A model generated the notes under the pieces. The model was given only the letters and a program-made list of their open reading frames with translations, made no database searches and was not told the DNA's origin. 64,000 nucleotides of DNA, taken from assembly GCA_010405405.1 (NCBI GenBank), contig MU004238.1, positions 321,530-385,529 on the forward strand, written 5' to 3'. Made by a program: the position numbers and the translations under genes. Positions 12,628 through 22,778 of the stretch are shown here, one piece after another. The stretch's first letter is position 1; each line of letters starts with the position of its first letter. The DNA is from Microthyrium microscopicum (taxonomy: Eukaryota).

Positions 12628-14151
12628 TCATGCCTCAGCTTGATGTCGCATGTGTCGCAGAAGTACACGCTCTGGTGCCGTGTTAGCTATTGTGACAATC
12701 GAAAGGGCCAGGATGTTCAAGAGTAGAGTCGAACGGCTTGGAAACCAATGTACTTACTTGAGGTCGCACCTGAAGTTGAGGGTGCCTTCTGTTGCGTTGC
12801 CAGTGTCAACCACTGTTGCAGCCATTCTGATCAAGTGTTAGATACTGCAACAAGCGAAGAAATCAAAGTCCTAGATAAGGTTAGGTACTTACCACGGTTC
12901 GAAGTCAGCGTCTGTCGCTTTGCCACTTCCTTCGAGGGTGTCTTCTGTTGCGACGCCAGTGTCAACCACTGCTGCAACCATTCTGATCTAGTGTTAGATA
13001 CTGTAACAGACGAAGAATCCGAAGTTTTAGATAACAATGGGCACCTACCACGGTTCATATTCGGATTCGACGATAGCATTTCTCGCTTCCCCACTTCCTT
13101 CGAGGGTGTTTTCTGTTGCGATGCCAGTGTCAACCACTGTTGCAACCATTCTGCTCAAGTGTTAGTTGCTGTCACGACGGCTAATGGCTTAGATAATGAT
13201 GGGTCTTTACCACGGTGCATATTGGGGTTGGAAGTGAGCGTCTGGCGCTTAGCAACTTCCTTCGAGGGTGTCTTCTGTTGCGATGCCAGTGTCAACCACT
13301 GCTGCAACCACTCTGGACGAGTGTTAGTTGCTGTAACAGAGACCAAGGCTGACATAACGATGGGCACTTACCACGGTTCATATTGGGCTCAGAAGTTGGC
13401 GGCTGTCGCTTTGCCATTTCCTTCGAAGGAGTCTTCTGTTGTGATGCCAGTGTCAACCACTGCTGTAGCCATTCTGGTTAAGTGTTAGCTGCTAATTCGT
13501 TGTGACAGACGCGAATTCCAATAGCTTATACAACGAGCTCAAACTCCCACAAGGCTAAATTACTTACCGCGGTTCGCAACTGGTGTCGCAGCCGGCATCT
13601 GTCGCTTCACCACTTCCTTCCAAAAAGGTCCCCATTCTGGTCCAGTGTTAGTGACCAATTTGCTGTGACAAACGGAAGACCAGAAATTGAGACAAGGAAA
13701 CCGAACACCCTCAAAGCCATGTTACTTACGGCGGGTCACACTCGGAGTCGCAGCTGGCGTCGCCTGCATGACATGAGCATCCGCCGTAGCCGTGGTAGTG
13801 AGGCCATCTATACGCTCGTCAGTGATTTTCATGCCATCTGTCTCAGTTGAACTCACCGGGTCCCAGTGTCCAGTCGATCTTTGGTGGGAACCAGCCAGTG
13901 CAGAGAGCTCCATTCGGGCAGCAGGCAGCACCAAGAGTGCCGACGGACCATGCTTTGGCGGTGGTTGAGCAGCAGCCGGCGCCGTTATTGGCCAGAGTGT
14001 AGGTAGTGCCGGAGGCTGTTGGGCAGATGCCAGTTGGATGAGGCTTGAGAGCTGGCTGGTAGGCGCGAGTTATGGTGGGTGCCGCGTCTAATGGGCTAGA
14101 GTCCGCAAGGACAGAGACGATGAACGCTAGGAGAAGAATGAAAATCTTCAT
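12628..14151 (-). CDS. Secreted Kex2-processed repeat-peptide precursor (~316 aa); exons 14151-13857, 13807-13730, 13636-13568, 13473-13372, 13312-13211, 13150-13049, 12982-12893, 12826-12758, 12671-12628
   Basis: Signal peptide MKIFILLLAFIVSVLA, a 6-Cys domain, then five EWLQQWLTLA(S/T)QQK units separated by KR. All eight introns are GT-AG and phase 1, mostly with a CTAACAC branch site. Confidence 0.85.
12758..13473 (-). repeat. Tandem exon-plus-intron repeat, five copies of about 160 bp
   Basis: Recurrent plus-strand motif TTCTGTTG(C/T)G..GCCAGTGTCAACCACTG..GCAACCATTCTG...GTGTTAG. Confidence 0.9.
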
Positions 14152-15322
14152 GATGATGATTGGTTGTGAGAGTTTGCTTTGATTGTGGATTGGATGAGAC
14201 TTGTAGAACTATTTGGGGTTTGTATGGTTTGAAGAGAAGATGATGTTGTAGAAAGGTTGGAGGATGTAGACCAGAGACAAAAAGCTTTAAATAGTCCAAT
14301 GTTCAGCTACGGGGTGCGGTAGAACGTTCAGTAGTATGACTGCTGAGATTTCGAAGTAGAAGGCGGGTTGAAAGTGTGGTGTTGTTCTCTCAAATTTGGC
14401 TCGAGCCTCCCTCTAAAGTCCTGCGATTTGTCGATTGGGCAAGTCCGCCGTGTGTTACGACCTTCTCAGGAAGTAGCTGCTGCTTTTGTTCCAATTTACT
14501 GCGTGAGGTACTCGTGTGGAAGTCGCAGCTCGCGACGATGGAATCAAGTGCTAAAGAAGGCTGCGATAAGGCTGAAGCCTCATGGTGGTTTCTACTTTCT
14601 AGCTATTTCGGTCGACAAGGCAGTTCTCGAAAAATGACTAAAGCGAACAAGGAAGGGTTCTTTGATCTTTTGAGTAGGAACTCTCCTGATCTATATATCT
14701 TGCTTGTATATCCAGATGCAATGCAGCACTGTTAGAGCCTCAGAAATGAATTGCCTGGTTGTGCAGGGATGAAACATCAACCACAAACCATTCGCGGGGA
14801 CCCGTTTGCGGCTGTTTGAAATAACCATGATTATCTGCAGTGGTCAATTGACGTGCGCCCTGATTCTCGTACTTCTAAAATTATCAACTTTTGCAATTTC
14901 AAGTCCGTAGGTCAGGCTGGCCTTCACAGACATTTCATACTCTGCTCACAGGTATTGGTATAGTCACTGCTATATTTACAACGATTTCATGATACCAAGT
15001 GCCCCCTTTGTGTTCTAATACATTCCTCATTACAAGAAACTCAAGAGTCGGCTGGCTTCTACAAGTTGTTCTGGCTTGAGCTGGTCTTAAGATGAATTTT
15101 GTAGATGATGTATAATGAGCCAATGTCTCTCTTTTTCCTGGGGTCTACTACCTGTGTAGTTCTGCAATGTATCGAGCATCTACATTGATAAAATCCGTAC
15201 CCGCTTTGATCGAGGTAGACATAAAAAATATATATACAATGAAATTTCCAAGACCGAGCCGCATCTACATATCCCCACTGTCGCGGATCCAGCGCCACGG
15301 GTTCATCTACCTCTCTCTAACT

Positions 15323-15662
15323 TCATCCCGTCGCACACTTGGCACAAACGCCCTCCGGATCTGACGCCCTATTTTGATCATTAGTGCAATGTTCGTCATT
15401 TGCATTGTAAACCTTACCCAGGCCCACAGCAAACTGCTGACGAAGTCGTGTTATAGCACGCATTGCGCGGCCCACAGGACCGGATCATCGTACACTTGTC
15501 GCCAAAGCACTGATTGATGTTTCCAGGCGGACATGCTCCGCCGCCGTCGTTTATTGTTGGGATGATACCATTAATACACCGCAGCTTGGGTGCTCCAGGG
15601 CCCTGTGCGGCGGCCATTGAGCCGAGCAGCAGCGCAACGCCGGCGAACAACGATAGCTGCAT
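15323..15662 (-). CDS. Small secreted cysteine-rich protein (96 aa, 10 Cys); exons 15662-15418 and 15368-15323
   Basis: Signal peptide MQLSLFAGVALLLGSMAAA. Intron GTAAGG..CTAAT..TAG (15417-15369) extends the ORF-track protein with GASDPEGVCAKCATG. Confidence 0.82.
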
Positions 15663-16337
15663 GCTTTTGCTTTTATAGGAAGATTTTGTGAGTTGAAACG
15701 AGAGACTGGAGTGAGGAAAACAAATACTTGGGAGAAGATCGTGCGAGCGTGGATATTATGTTCTATTTGAATCTTTTGATCCAGGGGTGGTTGCCAGATT
15801 GGGCTGGGTGATTGACTTTGGCCGGTTGGTCATTTGCACTATATTGCAGTTATTTTTGAGTGAATCTGGCATAGAAAATGTAAAGTGCCCAGGGCCCAGA
15901 TGGGTGGTATCCTGGTGCATTCATCTCTAATCGACGTATAAAGAATTGCTTAATCTTATAGTTATTGGAACATTATGAAAGGCTGAGAGCTCCCCATTGG
16001 TGAAGAAAACACTCCTCATTTGATAGAAAGTTTCTTCTTTCTTGTTTACACAGCTCATCATCGGTCATCAACACCTAGCTGATCGTGACACATGCCTTGT
16101 CAGATTGATCGGACAGACACTATTTCATTGTAAACTTTTGGTACTCACTGCTTGCAGGCTCCAGTCATGTGCGAAAGTCAACTTCTTGTTTCGTTGACAT
16201 GTTGTAGCAGTCAATGGTGTTATTCATGGTGAAAATTCGAGCTATTTTACTCCTCAGTACCATTATTACGGCGTATATTTTGATCTCCATCGTCACTATA
16301 CTCTCCAGCATTAGTGAAGCTTATTCATCAGGTTGGC

Positions 16338-16345
16338 TATATAAA
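16338..16345 (+). promoter_or_regulatory. TATA box upstream of the small secreted protein at 16561
   Basis: TATATAAA about 220 nt upstream of the ATG, followed by a CA-rich leader and a 5'UTR intron at 16507-16555. Confidence 0.5.
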
Positions 16346-16560
16346 GGCTCGAACCCAAGCGCTACCATTAAGCGCATTGCAAGAAACTAGAAGACAAACC
16401 AAAAGAACTGGCTAAAGCCTAAGGACTCTAAACTCAACCAATATCAATCAACACCCAAAGTTATATCTACCTGCCTTACTTTTCTAACATCAAATCAACG
16501 TGACCAGTAAGCATAATCGCTGATTAGACAAAACAAGTAATTGACGCTTTACTAGCCACA

Positions 16561-16827
16561 ATGAAACTCTACCTCGTCTTAACACTTATGAGTGTTTTTC
16601 GTTTCCTTACACCGGTCGCTGCCGACTGTCACAATACCTGGCTCGGTGATTTCCACGATGGGGACCACATTTGCGGCGGAGATAGTGCGAATGGAGCACC
16701 GAATGTGAAAGGAATATACGTTTGCAATGGACGACAATGGCTCCTTGCGGCGGACTGTGGCCCTCGTTGCAATTGTGGATATGTAGGAGCTGGTGAGAAT
16801 CCTATCATTCCGTACTGTTGGTGCTAA
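16561..16827 (+). CDS. Small secreted cysteine-rich protein (88 aa, 8 Cys), paralog A
   Basis: Signal peptide ending PVAA, motif GDHICG..GIYVC.G..W.LAADC..C.CGY..PYC.C, start context CACAATG. Confidence 0.88.
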   Translation: MKLYLVLTLMSVFRFLTPVAADCHNTWLGDFHDGDHICGGDSANGAPNVKGIYVCNGRQWLLAADCGPRCNCGYVGAGENPIIPYCWC

Positions 16828-17557
16828 GCGTATGATACGGATTGAATTCAGGCAGATGAAGATCAGGGATATATTGAAGGGAATGATAACATTCCGGTTC
16901 CGGCTTCACTGTTTGTTCATCTAGGCAGATAACCTCCTACTTGTTAGGTAAATAGTGACGAAATAAAGTTGTTCGTCTTGGAATCCATACTCTTCTTCTC
17001 CACTCAACCTCTTAATATGAATTAGAGAAGTCTTTTTCGATTCAATATTTCAAGTTTCACGGGGCCTGGGCTGCTATACAGGTAGTTACGACAGTCCTGA
17101 ATGACCTTGCCTTTCTCAGGATATCTGCACAGAAACCGACTTAGAGTACCCAGCTTGCAGGCTTCACTTTTTGAAACCTCAAAATTTCACTAATTCAATG
17201 TGATGACATAACACCAGGTCACAATGGCCGTCAACACTCTGTAGTGAATCCTCAGCCGTATTGACTCCTCAATAAGGAAAGTGCCATGTGCAGTGTCAAA
17301 CTTCATCGTCACTACTTTCTCATTATTTTGGTGATTGATTTCTTCCAGCTCAACAAGTATTTAAGGCCCCAAACCACCAATTTTTATAACTGACCGACTC
17401 GCGACCAATACATCAAGCACAAACCCTTTGGAAGTCCACTTTCGACTCAAGAAACACCAACATTCGACTCTATCTCTTCTTGAGATCAATCCAACGAGAC
17501 CCGTAAGTACAATCCCAGATTCAAGCAAAGCAAATAACTAACACTTTCTAGGTCACA

Positions 17558-17815
17558 ATGAAACTCTATCTCACCTTGGCTCTTATGGGGGTTCTTCATT
17601 TCCTCACGCCAGTTGCTGCCAACTGCTACACAAAATACAACAACGAGATCTTCGGCAATGGCGATCACATCTGCGGCCCGGACATTCTTGGAGGTTCAGG
17701 TGACAACGGAATCTACGTCTGTGATGGAAAGGAATGGCACCTTGCAGCTGACTGCAACAGTTGCATTTGCGGATATGAAGGAGGTGGCCACCACAATCCA
17801 TACTGTTTCTGCTAG
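17558..17815 (+). CDS. Small secreted cysteine-rich protein (85 aa, 8 Cys), paralog B
   Basis: Clear paralog of 16561-16827 with a similar signal peptide, the same Cys pattern and a 49-nt 5'UTR intron (17503-17551). Confidence 0.88.
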   Translation: MKLYLTLALMGVLHFLTPVAANCYTKYNNEIFGNGDHICGPDILGGSGDNGIYVCDGKEWHLAADCNSCICGYEGGGHHNPYCFC

Positions 17816-18178
17816 GCTTCAGAACCGATCGAGTTCATGTGAAGGAAGATGCCATGCCAGAACAGAGTAGATTGCCATCATGACTGGGCACAGCTTTCCT
17901 GGGCTTGAAGTAACAATTACATGTTGATGTTATTGCAAACTATGTTTTTTGTCTCCGGATCACCCACCATGCTCTCATGTGAAACTGAACCAGCACAATG
18001 GATGTCAAAAGATATTTCAAAAATCACCTAGCGGATTTTATACTATGACAATTGTCACCCGATTGCGGTTCCACCTGAAGCTCAGCAATGATATATAATT
18101 CTCATGGTAGGCAGTTCCCATCAATGTCATTACAATATTGATCCCTCTATCCCTACAGCCTACCAAACTTTTCACAAA

Positions 18179-18409
18179 ATGTGCGAGCTTCACGAAGTCA
18201 CATACCGAAATTGTGGACACAAGGGCCTGCAACAAGTCCCCTGTTTCGCGATCGGGAAAACCAGGAAGATATGCGATCCTTTCGTAGCCACCTGCGAGCG
18301 AACCGAACCTTTCTGGTGTGATGAATGCTGGCAGAAGGAACAAAGGCGGAGTCTGCGTGATAAAGGACGAAAATCCCTATCCACTATCACCGAACTGCGT
18401 TTCACATGA
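18179..18409 (+). CDS. MC-family Cys/His microprotein 1 (76 aa)
   Basis: MCELHEVTYRNCGH-x7-C-x9-C-x14-CDEC; start context CAAAATG; TATA-like element at about 18092. Confidence 0.72.
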   Translation: MCELHEVTYRNCGHKGLQQVPCFAIGKTRKICDPFVATCERTEPFWCDECWQKEQRRSLRDKGRKSLSTITELRFT

Positions 18410-18832
18410 AGCCCAACTCTAACCTTCCTTTATTAATGCAATTCATGGATCTCAACTACCGGTATAAGAGGCTATTCTCGTCTTCAAAGTCATCAAACAT
18501 CTATATTGTGTCATAACTTGCCAGCTTAAACGAACTGAATATCATCAATGCGGATATATTGTTATAAAACAAGTCCCATGTCTCAAAATTGGCAAAGCAA
18601 AGAGGATATGCGGCCTTCATCTTCCTCTGAGTGAAGAGCACAGAGTTGCCTGGTGTCCTGATTGCTGGAAAAGAAGCGAGATGGACTTCTGTGAGAAAGA
18701 TTCTTTATCTATCACCTGCATTGAGTTCACCGAAAGCCAGCTCTGACATATAAAAATGCAACCAATCCCCCCTGAGCTCTTGACAACTCCATTCCCATCA
18801 AACAACAATCGTAAGACCCAACTCCTAGCAAG

Positions 18833-19054
18833 ATGTGCGATTTCATAGAGATCATCTACAGGCACTGTGGACATTTCGGCTGGCGTAATGTTCCATGTTT
18901 TATGCTTGGTACCACTGGCCAATTATGCCAACCTCCAACGAACGTATTTCAAGACCATAATGCTTTCGGCTTTTGTGAGGAATGCTGGGCCAAGCGACAG
19001 TCCAAATATTTGCCTGACGGAGTTTATGCCATGTGGGATGAGAGATTTCATTAA
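18833..19054 (+). CDS. MC-family Cys/His microprotein 2 (73 aa)
   Basis: MCDFIEIIYRHCGH-x7-C-x9-C-x15-CEEC; context CAAGATG; TATAAAA at about 18749. Confidence 0.75.
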   Translation: MCDFIEIIYRHCGHFGWRNVPCFMLGTTGQLCQPPTNVFQDHNAFGFCEECWAKRQSKYLPDGVYAMWDERFH

Positions 19055-19843
19055 AACTTCATCATAAATAAGCAAACGTTTGCTGAGACTACCTTGTGCA
19101 TTGTATCTGATCCTATCCATTTGACTCAGTGTGATAAAGTTCCATCGCATGACCTGCTCGTTTCACTATTTCAGATCTTGATGTCATTTATCGCCCTGAC
19201 ATCAATACGTCTCATATCTAGATATAACCACGGATGAGGTCACACTTGATTCAACGTATTCTAAGGAATGAAGTCCTCTAAGTGCTGGCTTATTCCCATT
19301 GCACGTGTAAGGTGACCCGATTCAGAGCCGTCTTTACTACATTGCCTTTTGATGATATGACCCGCATGCTGCAGCTCATCCAATCCCATTATTTCTACCA
19401 TCCCAAGACATCTGAAGATTTTACTAACAAAGATTAAGGCAGCTTCTTATCCGGGTGCTTACACTATGTGCGGCTGTATGCGTTGTATCTCAATATGGTC
19501 CCCTGAATTCCGCGGAAGCGTTTTCGCTGGCGGAAGAGACCATAATTATGAAGAAGACACATGGACCGCGATGTGTGATCCATGTCTGAGCCTCCCTATC
19601 ACTCGATACGCTTGAAATGGTGGTCTATGACTAGGTACATAATTTACCACACTAGTAACCCGTTCATGTCTCTCAGATTATGGTCATCAAAGCCCGAGGA
19701 TTCTGTACATGATATAAGCATTGTTCCACAGTCTTTTAAGAACCTTTCCTTCCTTCGTGCTCAAATCTTTTTATCATACCAAGGAACAATAAACAATAAT
19801 AGGCAACTTTATGCAACTCCCAGCACATTGGAACGAAGCAAAG

Positions 19844-20068
19844 ATGTGCCACAATCAAGTAACCTACTATACAGTCTGTCGCTGTACCCGTTCAATTCCC
19901 GTATGGTGCGATGAGGCTTAGGGTCGCAATATGGTATGCGCCAGTTGGAAGGAGCGTCCTCTAGACAAACCAATATGGGCTGGGAGGTGCGACCCGTGTC
20001 TAGGGATTGCTACAATAAGATCAATGGCACCTCAAAAATTCCCGCCTGGATGGCGAGATGTGCCATAA
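19844..20068 (+). CDS. MC-family microprotein 3 with an internal TAG at 19919-19921 (74 aa if read through; otherwise a pseudogene)
   Basis: MCHNQVTYYTVCRCTRSIPVWCDEA*GRNMVCASWKERPLDKPIWAGRCDPC...; the Cys spacing is intact across the stop. Absent from the ORF track. Confidence 0.65.
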
Positions 20069-20535
20069 GGCTTCAACTTTTAACAATACGATGAAATGGC
20101 GTACTCCATGTTAACAATCTGACAGAGTTAGTCAATGACTGCTATTATTTGCTCCATGTTGCGATCGTTGATGCTATGCCTCCTCAAACTTGCCACGTCT
20201 CCCATCTAACTTCCTTGACATTGGGTAAGGCATTAACGAAATACCTTTGAGACTGCGAAGTCGTTGATGAATGGTTCGCATAGGTCAAGCATCTGGTTCA
20301 CTCCATCTACCGTCCGGACTTGTGACTTGAAGGTTTTGAATGTAAAAAGCGACAACGAGTGACTTGGGATCATCTGCAATCGGTATGAATGACTGGGTCC
20401 TATTGACCTACCGTTTACCAACGATAGTATAAACCTTTTCCCCGGCTAGATGGTCCTGCTCGCCCTTAGACAATTTCCAAACCCATACTACTTGCAAAAG
20501 GATCCAACCCTACTTCATCCAACGAGACCATCACG

Positions 20536-20772
20536 ATGTGTATCCGAACAATAACCTGGCACAAAACTTGCGACCATCCTCAAGATGATCTCGAATGGTG
20601 TAAGGAAGCCATGGATAGAAATCATCCCTGTCAAAGTCCAGAAAAGAACCCATTCCTTGGTGTGAACCTACTTCATCCATGCCAGCAATGCGTTGAAAAC
20701 AGCCTTGGAAATATAAGTCAGGTATCTGAAGGCGATGACAAACAGAAGACGATGACAAACAACGAATTGTGA
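20536..20772 (+). CDS. MC-family Cys/His microprotein 4 (78 aa)
   Basis: MCIRTITWHKTCDH-x7-C-x9-C-x16-CQQC; TATAAA at about 20428. Confidence 0.75.
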   Translation: MCIRTITWHKTCDHPQDDLEWCKEAMDRNHPCQSPEKNPFLGVNLLHPCQQCVENSLGNISQVSEGDDKQKTMTNNEL

Positions 20773-21313
20773 GTCAAAAGGGTCCAATCTTATCTCAGAC
20801 AATATTCTAATATTTCCAGCCACGAGCAGCATGACTGACAAGCAGTGTCGTCCGGCAGCGTTTGTGGCTACTATTAACTCCGTCAAACACTGGATAGCAT
20901 CGCGACTGGATATAGATGAACCCCAAAACGAAATCGAGTGACGAGTTCTCCACACGTTTCTTGGTTAGTCAGGATTCTAGAGGACCTGCTGTCTTAGCGA
21001 GGTGTAGGAGTCTGGTGGCTAGTGCGTCTGACTTCACATGTATGACTTATACCGGATTATTAGTTGCTTCACCGTGTGACAGACATCGAAATAGTTGACT
21101 GCGCTGTCACTCGAGCATAAAATGTGAATGAAGTTTTGCCATCACCGATATCTAATCAAGACTTTCCATCCAGATTGGATGGGAAGCAATCAATCAGTGA
21201 CTGTCGGCCTCCAAGGTATAAGTAGCAGCCGTTTCTTTGTTTCAATCCCTGGTAGGAAAGTCCTTTTCTACCTGATAAACAACACAAATATTTTCCAAGA
21301 TATATTCTGCAAG

Positions 21314-21487
21314 ATGTGCTGGCTTATCGAAACCTATCATAAGCTTTGTGGCCATACTACCTCAGATGTGGGGAGATGCTTTCTAGGAAATCAAAGAGGG
21401 AAGGATTGTATTCCAACGGAATGGACGTCTGACCAATTTGTGATCAAGGAAAACTTTTGTTCTGGTTGCCCTAGGAGTAAATTGTAA
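21314..21487 (+). CDS. MC-family Cys/His microprotein 5 (57 aa)
   Basis: MCWLIETYHKLCGH-x7-C-x9-C-x16-CSGC; context CAAGATG; TATAAG at about 21217. Confidence 0.72.
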   Translation: MCWLIETYHKLCGHTTSDVGRCFLGNQRGKDCIPTEWTSDQFVIKENFCSGCPRSKL

Positions 21488-22778
21488 ATGTTTTGCTTTT
21501 GATTAAAGCATACACCTCTTGGACGGTCTCCTCATCTCCTAAGACATGCTGATGTTCACTTACTATTGTATGCGAACAAGGGAGCTCTGTAATTCGTACC
21601 CAGCCAGTCTAGAAACTATTTCAATCTACGGTAATATTGGAAAATTAAATAGACCAATGGTTGAATTACGACCAAACATCTGGCCCATTGGCCAGTAGCT
21701 GACCAATCAGCTACCAGATAATTCAGCCTTATCATCAATCACCCCTATTGATGTTCATCATGCTTCTACTACTCCGCTGGCAGCTAAGTACTTCGGTCTG
21801 GTCTCGAAAATCTTCTTTGCCACATGGTGTGCGGGGAAACAAGCTTCTTCATCCTTACAACATACCATGGCCGATCGGCAAGTAGCCATAAAAGCTGTCC
21901 AGTTATTTCACGATTCTTGACCCTGCAAGCAACGCCCGTCAGCAATACAACCCGGCGACACAACCACAGGTCATGCCCCTTTTTTCCTGATGATCTCATT
22001 GAATATTAGATCATCCTTCAGACTGTCTTTTCATCTGAACTTTTTCATCTGAAAAGTCTCCGCGGCGTGAGTTTTATTCACATTCTTGTTTTGTCCACTT
22101 GGAGGGAAAATTGCTTTGAAAGGCGAGCTATTGGCCTTCAAAGAACTTTACTTCCACGAACCGAATCAGTTTTCGGCTAGAACAGATACTTAGCATGAAA
22201 AAACTCCTGAAATGTATTTTATTGACCTCCATACATCAACGTCACTTGGGTGGCTAGTATTTAGTGGCCGCAGCCTGTGCCGGACATCAGGAAGACGGCC
22301 TTTAGCATGTTAGATAAACCTTGTAAGTTACGAGCGTGTGATCTGAAGAATCGACTTGCCATAAAATATGACCTAATCAATATCCAAGCAATCTAAACAT
22401 TATACAGCTTTGTAGAAAACTTTATGCGTATTCAGGGATCCTTTCACGGTAGGTTCATCTTTCGAGCTCTTGAAGATCACGAAACCTCAACCATGGTAGT
22501 CATGGTGAACTCTAACCACAGTTGACGCTTTCGCCCAGCAGCAATGAATCACCTATCTCTTTCTTCATAAATATCTGCTCTTCCTTCCCGTGAAACATTT
22601 TTCTCACATCTCAGATTTCCATTACCAAATCTCACTGTTTGCATTCCCTGCAGACTCAGCATTCCAAACTCAAAATTTGGTGTAACAGCTCCTATCGAGG
22701 AATATACACGCTCTCAGACATTATAAATCTCAACATTTGAGATTCCCTAGCACGACAACCTCTTAACAACCCGCAAAG

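Noticed and set aside
12758..13473. CRISPR-like appearance of regularly spaced repeats
   Set aside because: The context is eukaryotic, the repeats are coding exons and the 'spacers' are mutually similar introns. There are no cas genes.
12748..13488. 246-aa plus-strand Cys-rich repeat ORF (…FCCDASVNHCCNHS…)
   Set aside because: It is the antisense shadow of the minus-strand repeat gene. Splice donors, branch sites and acceptors recur in every unit on the minus strand only.
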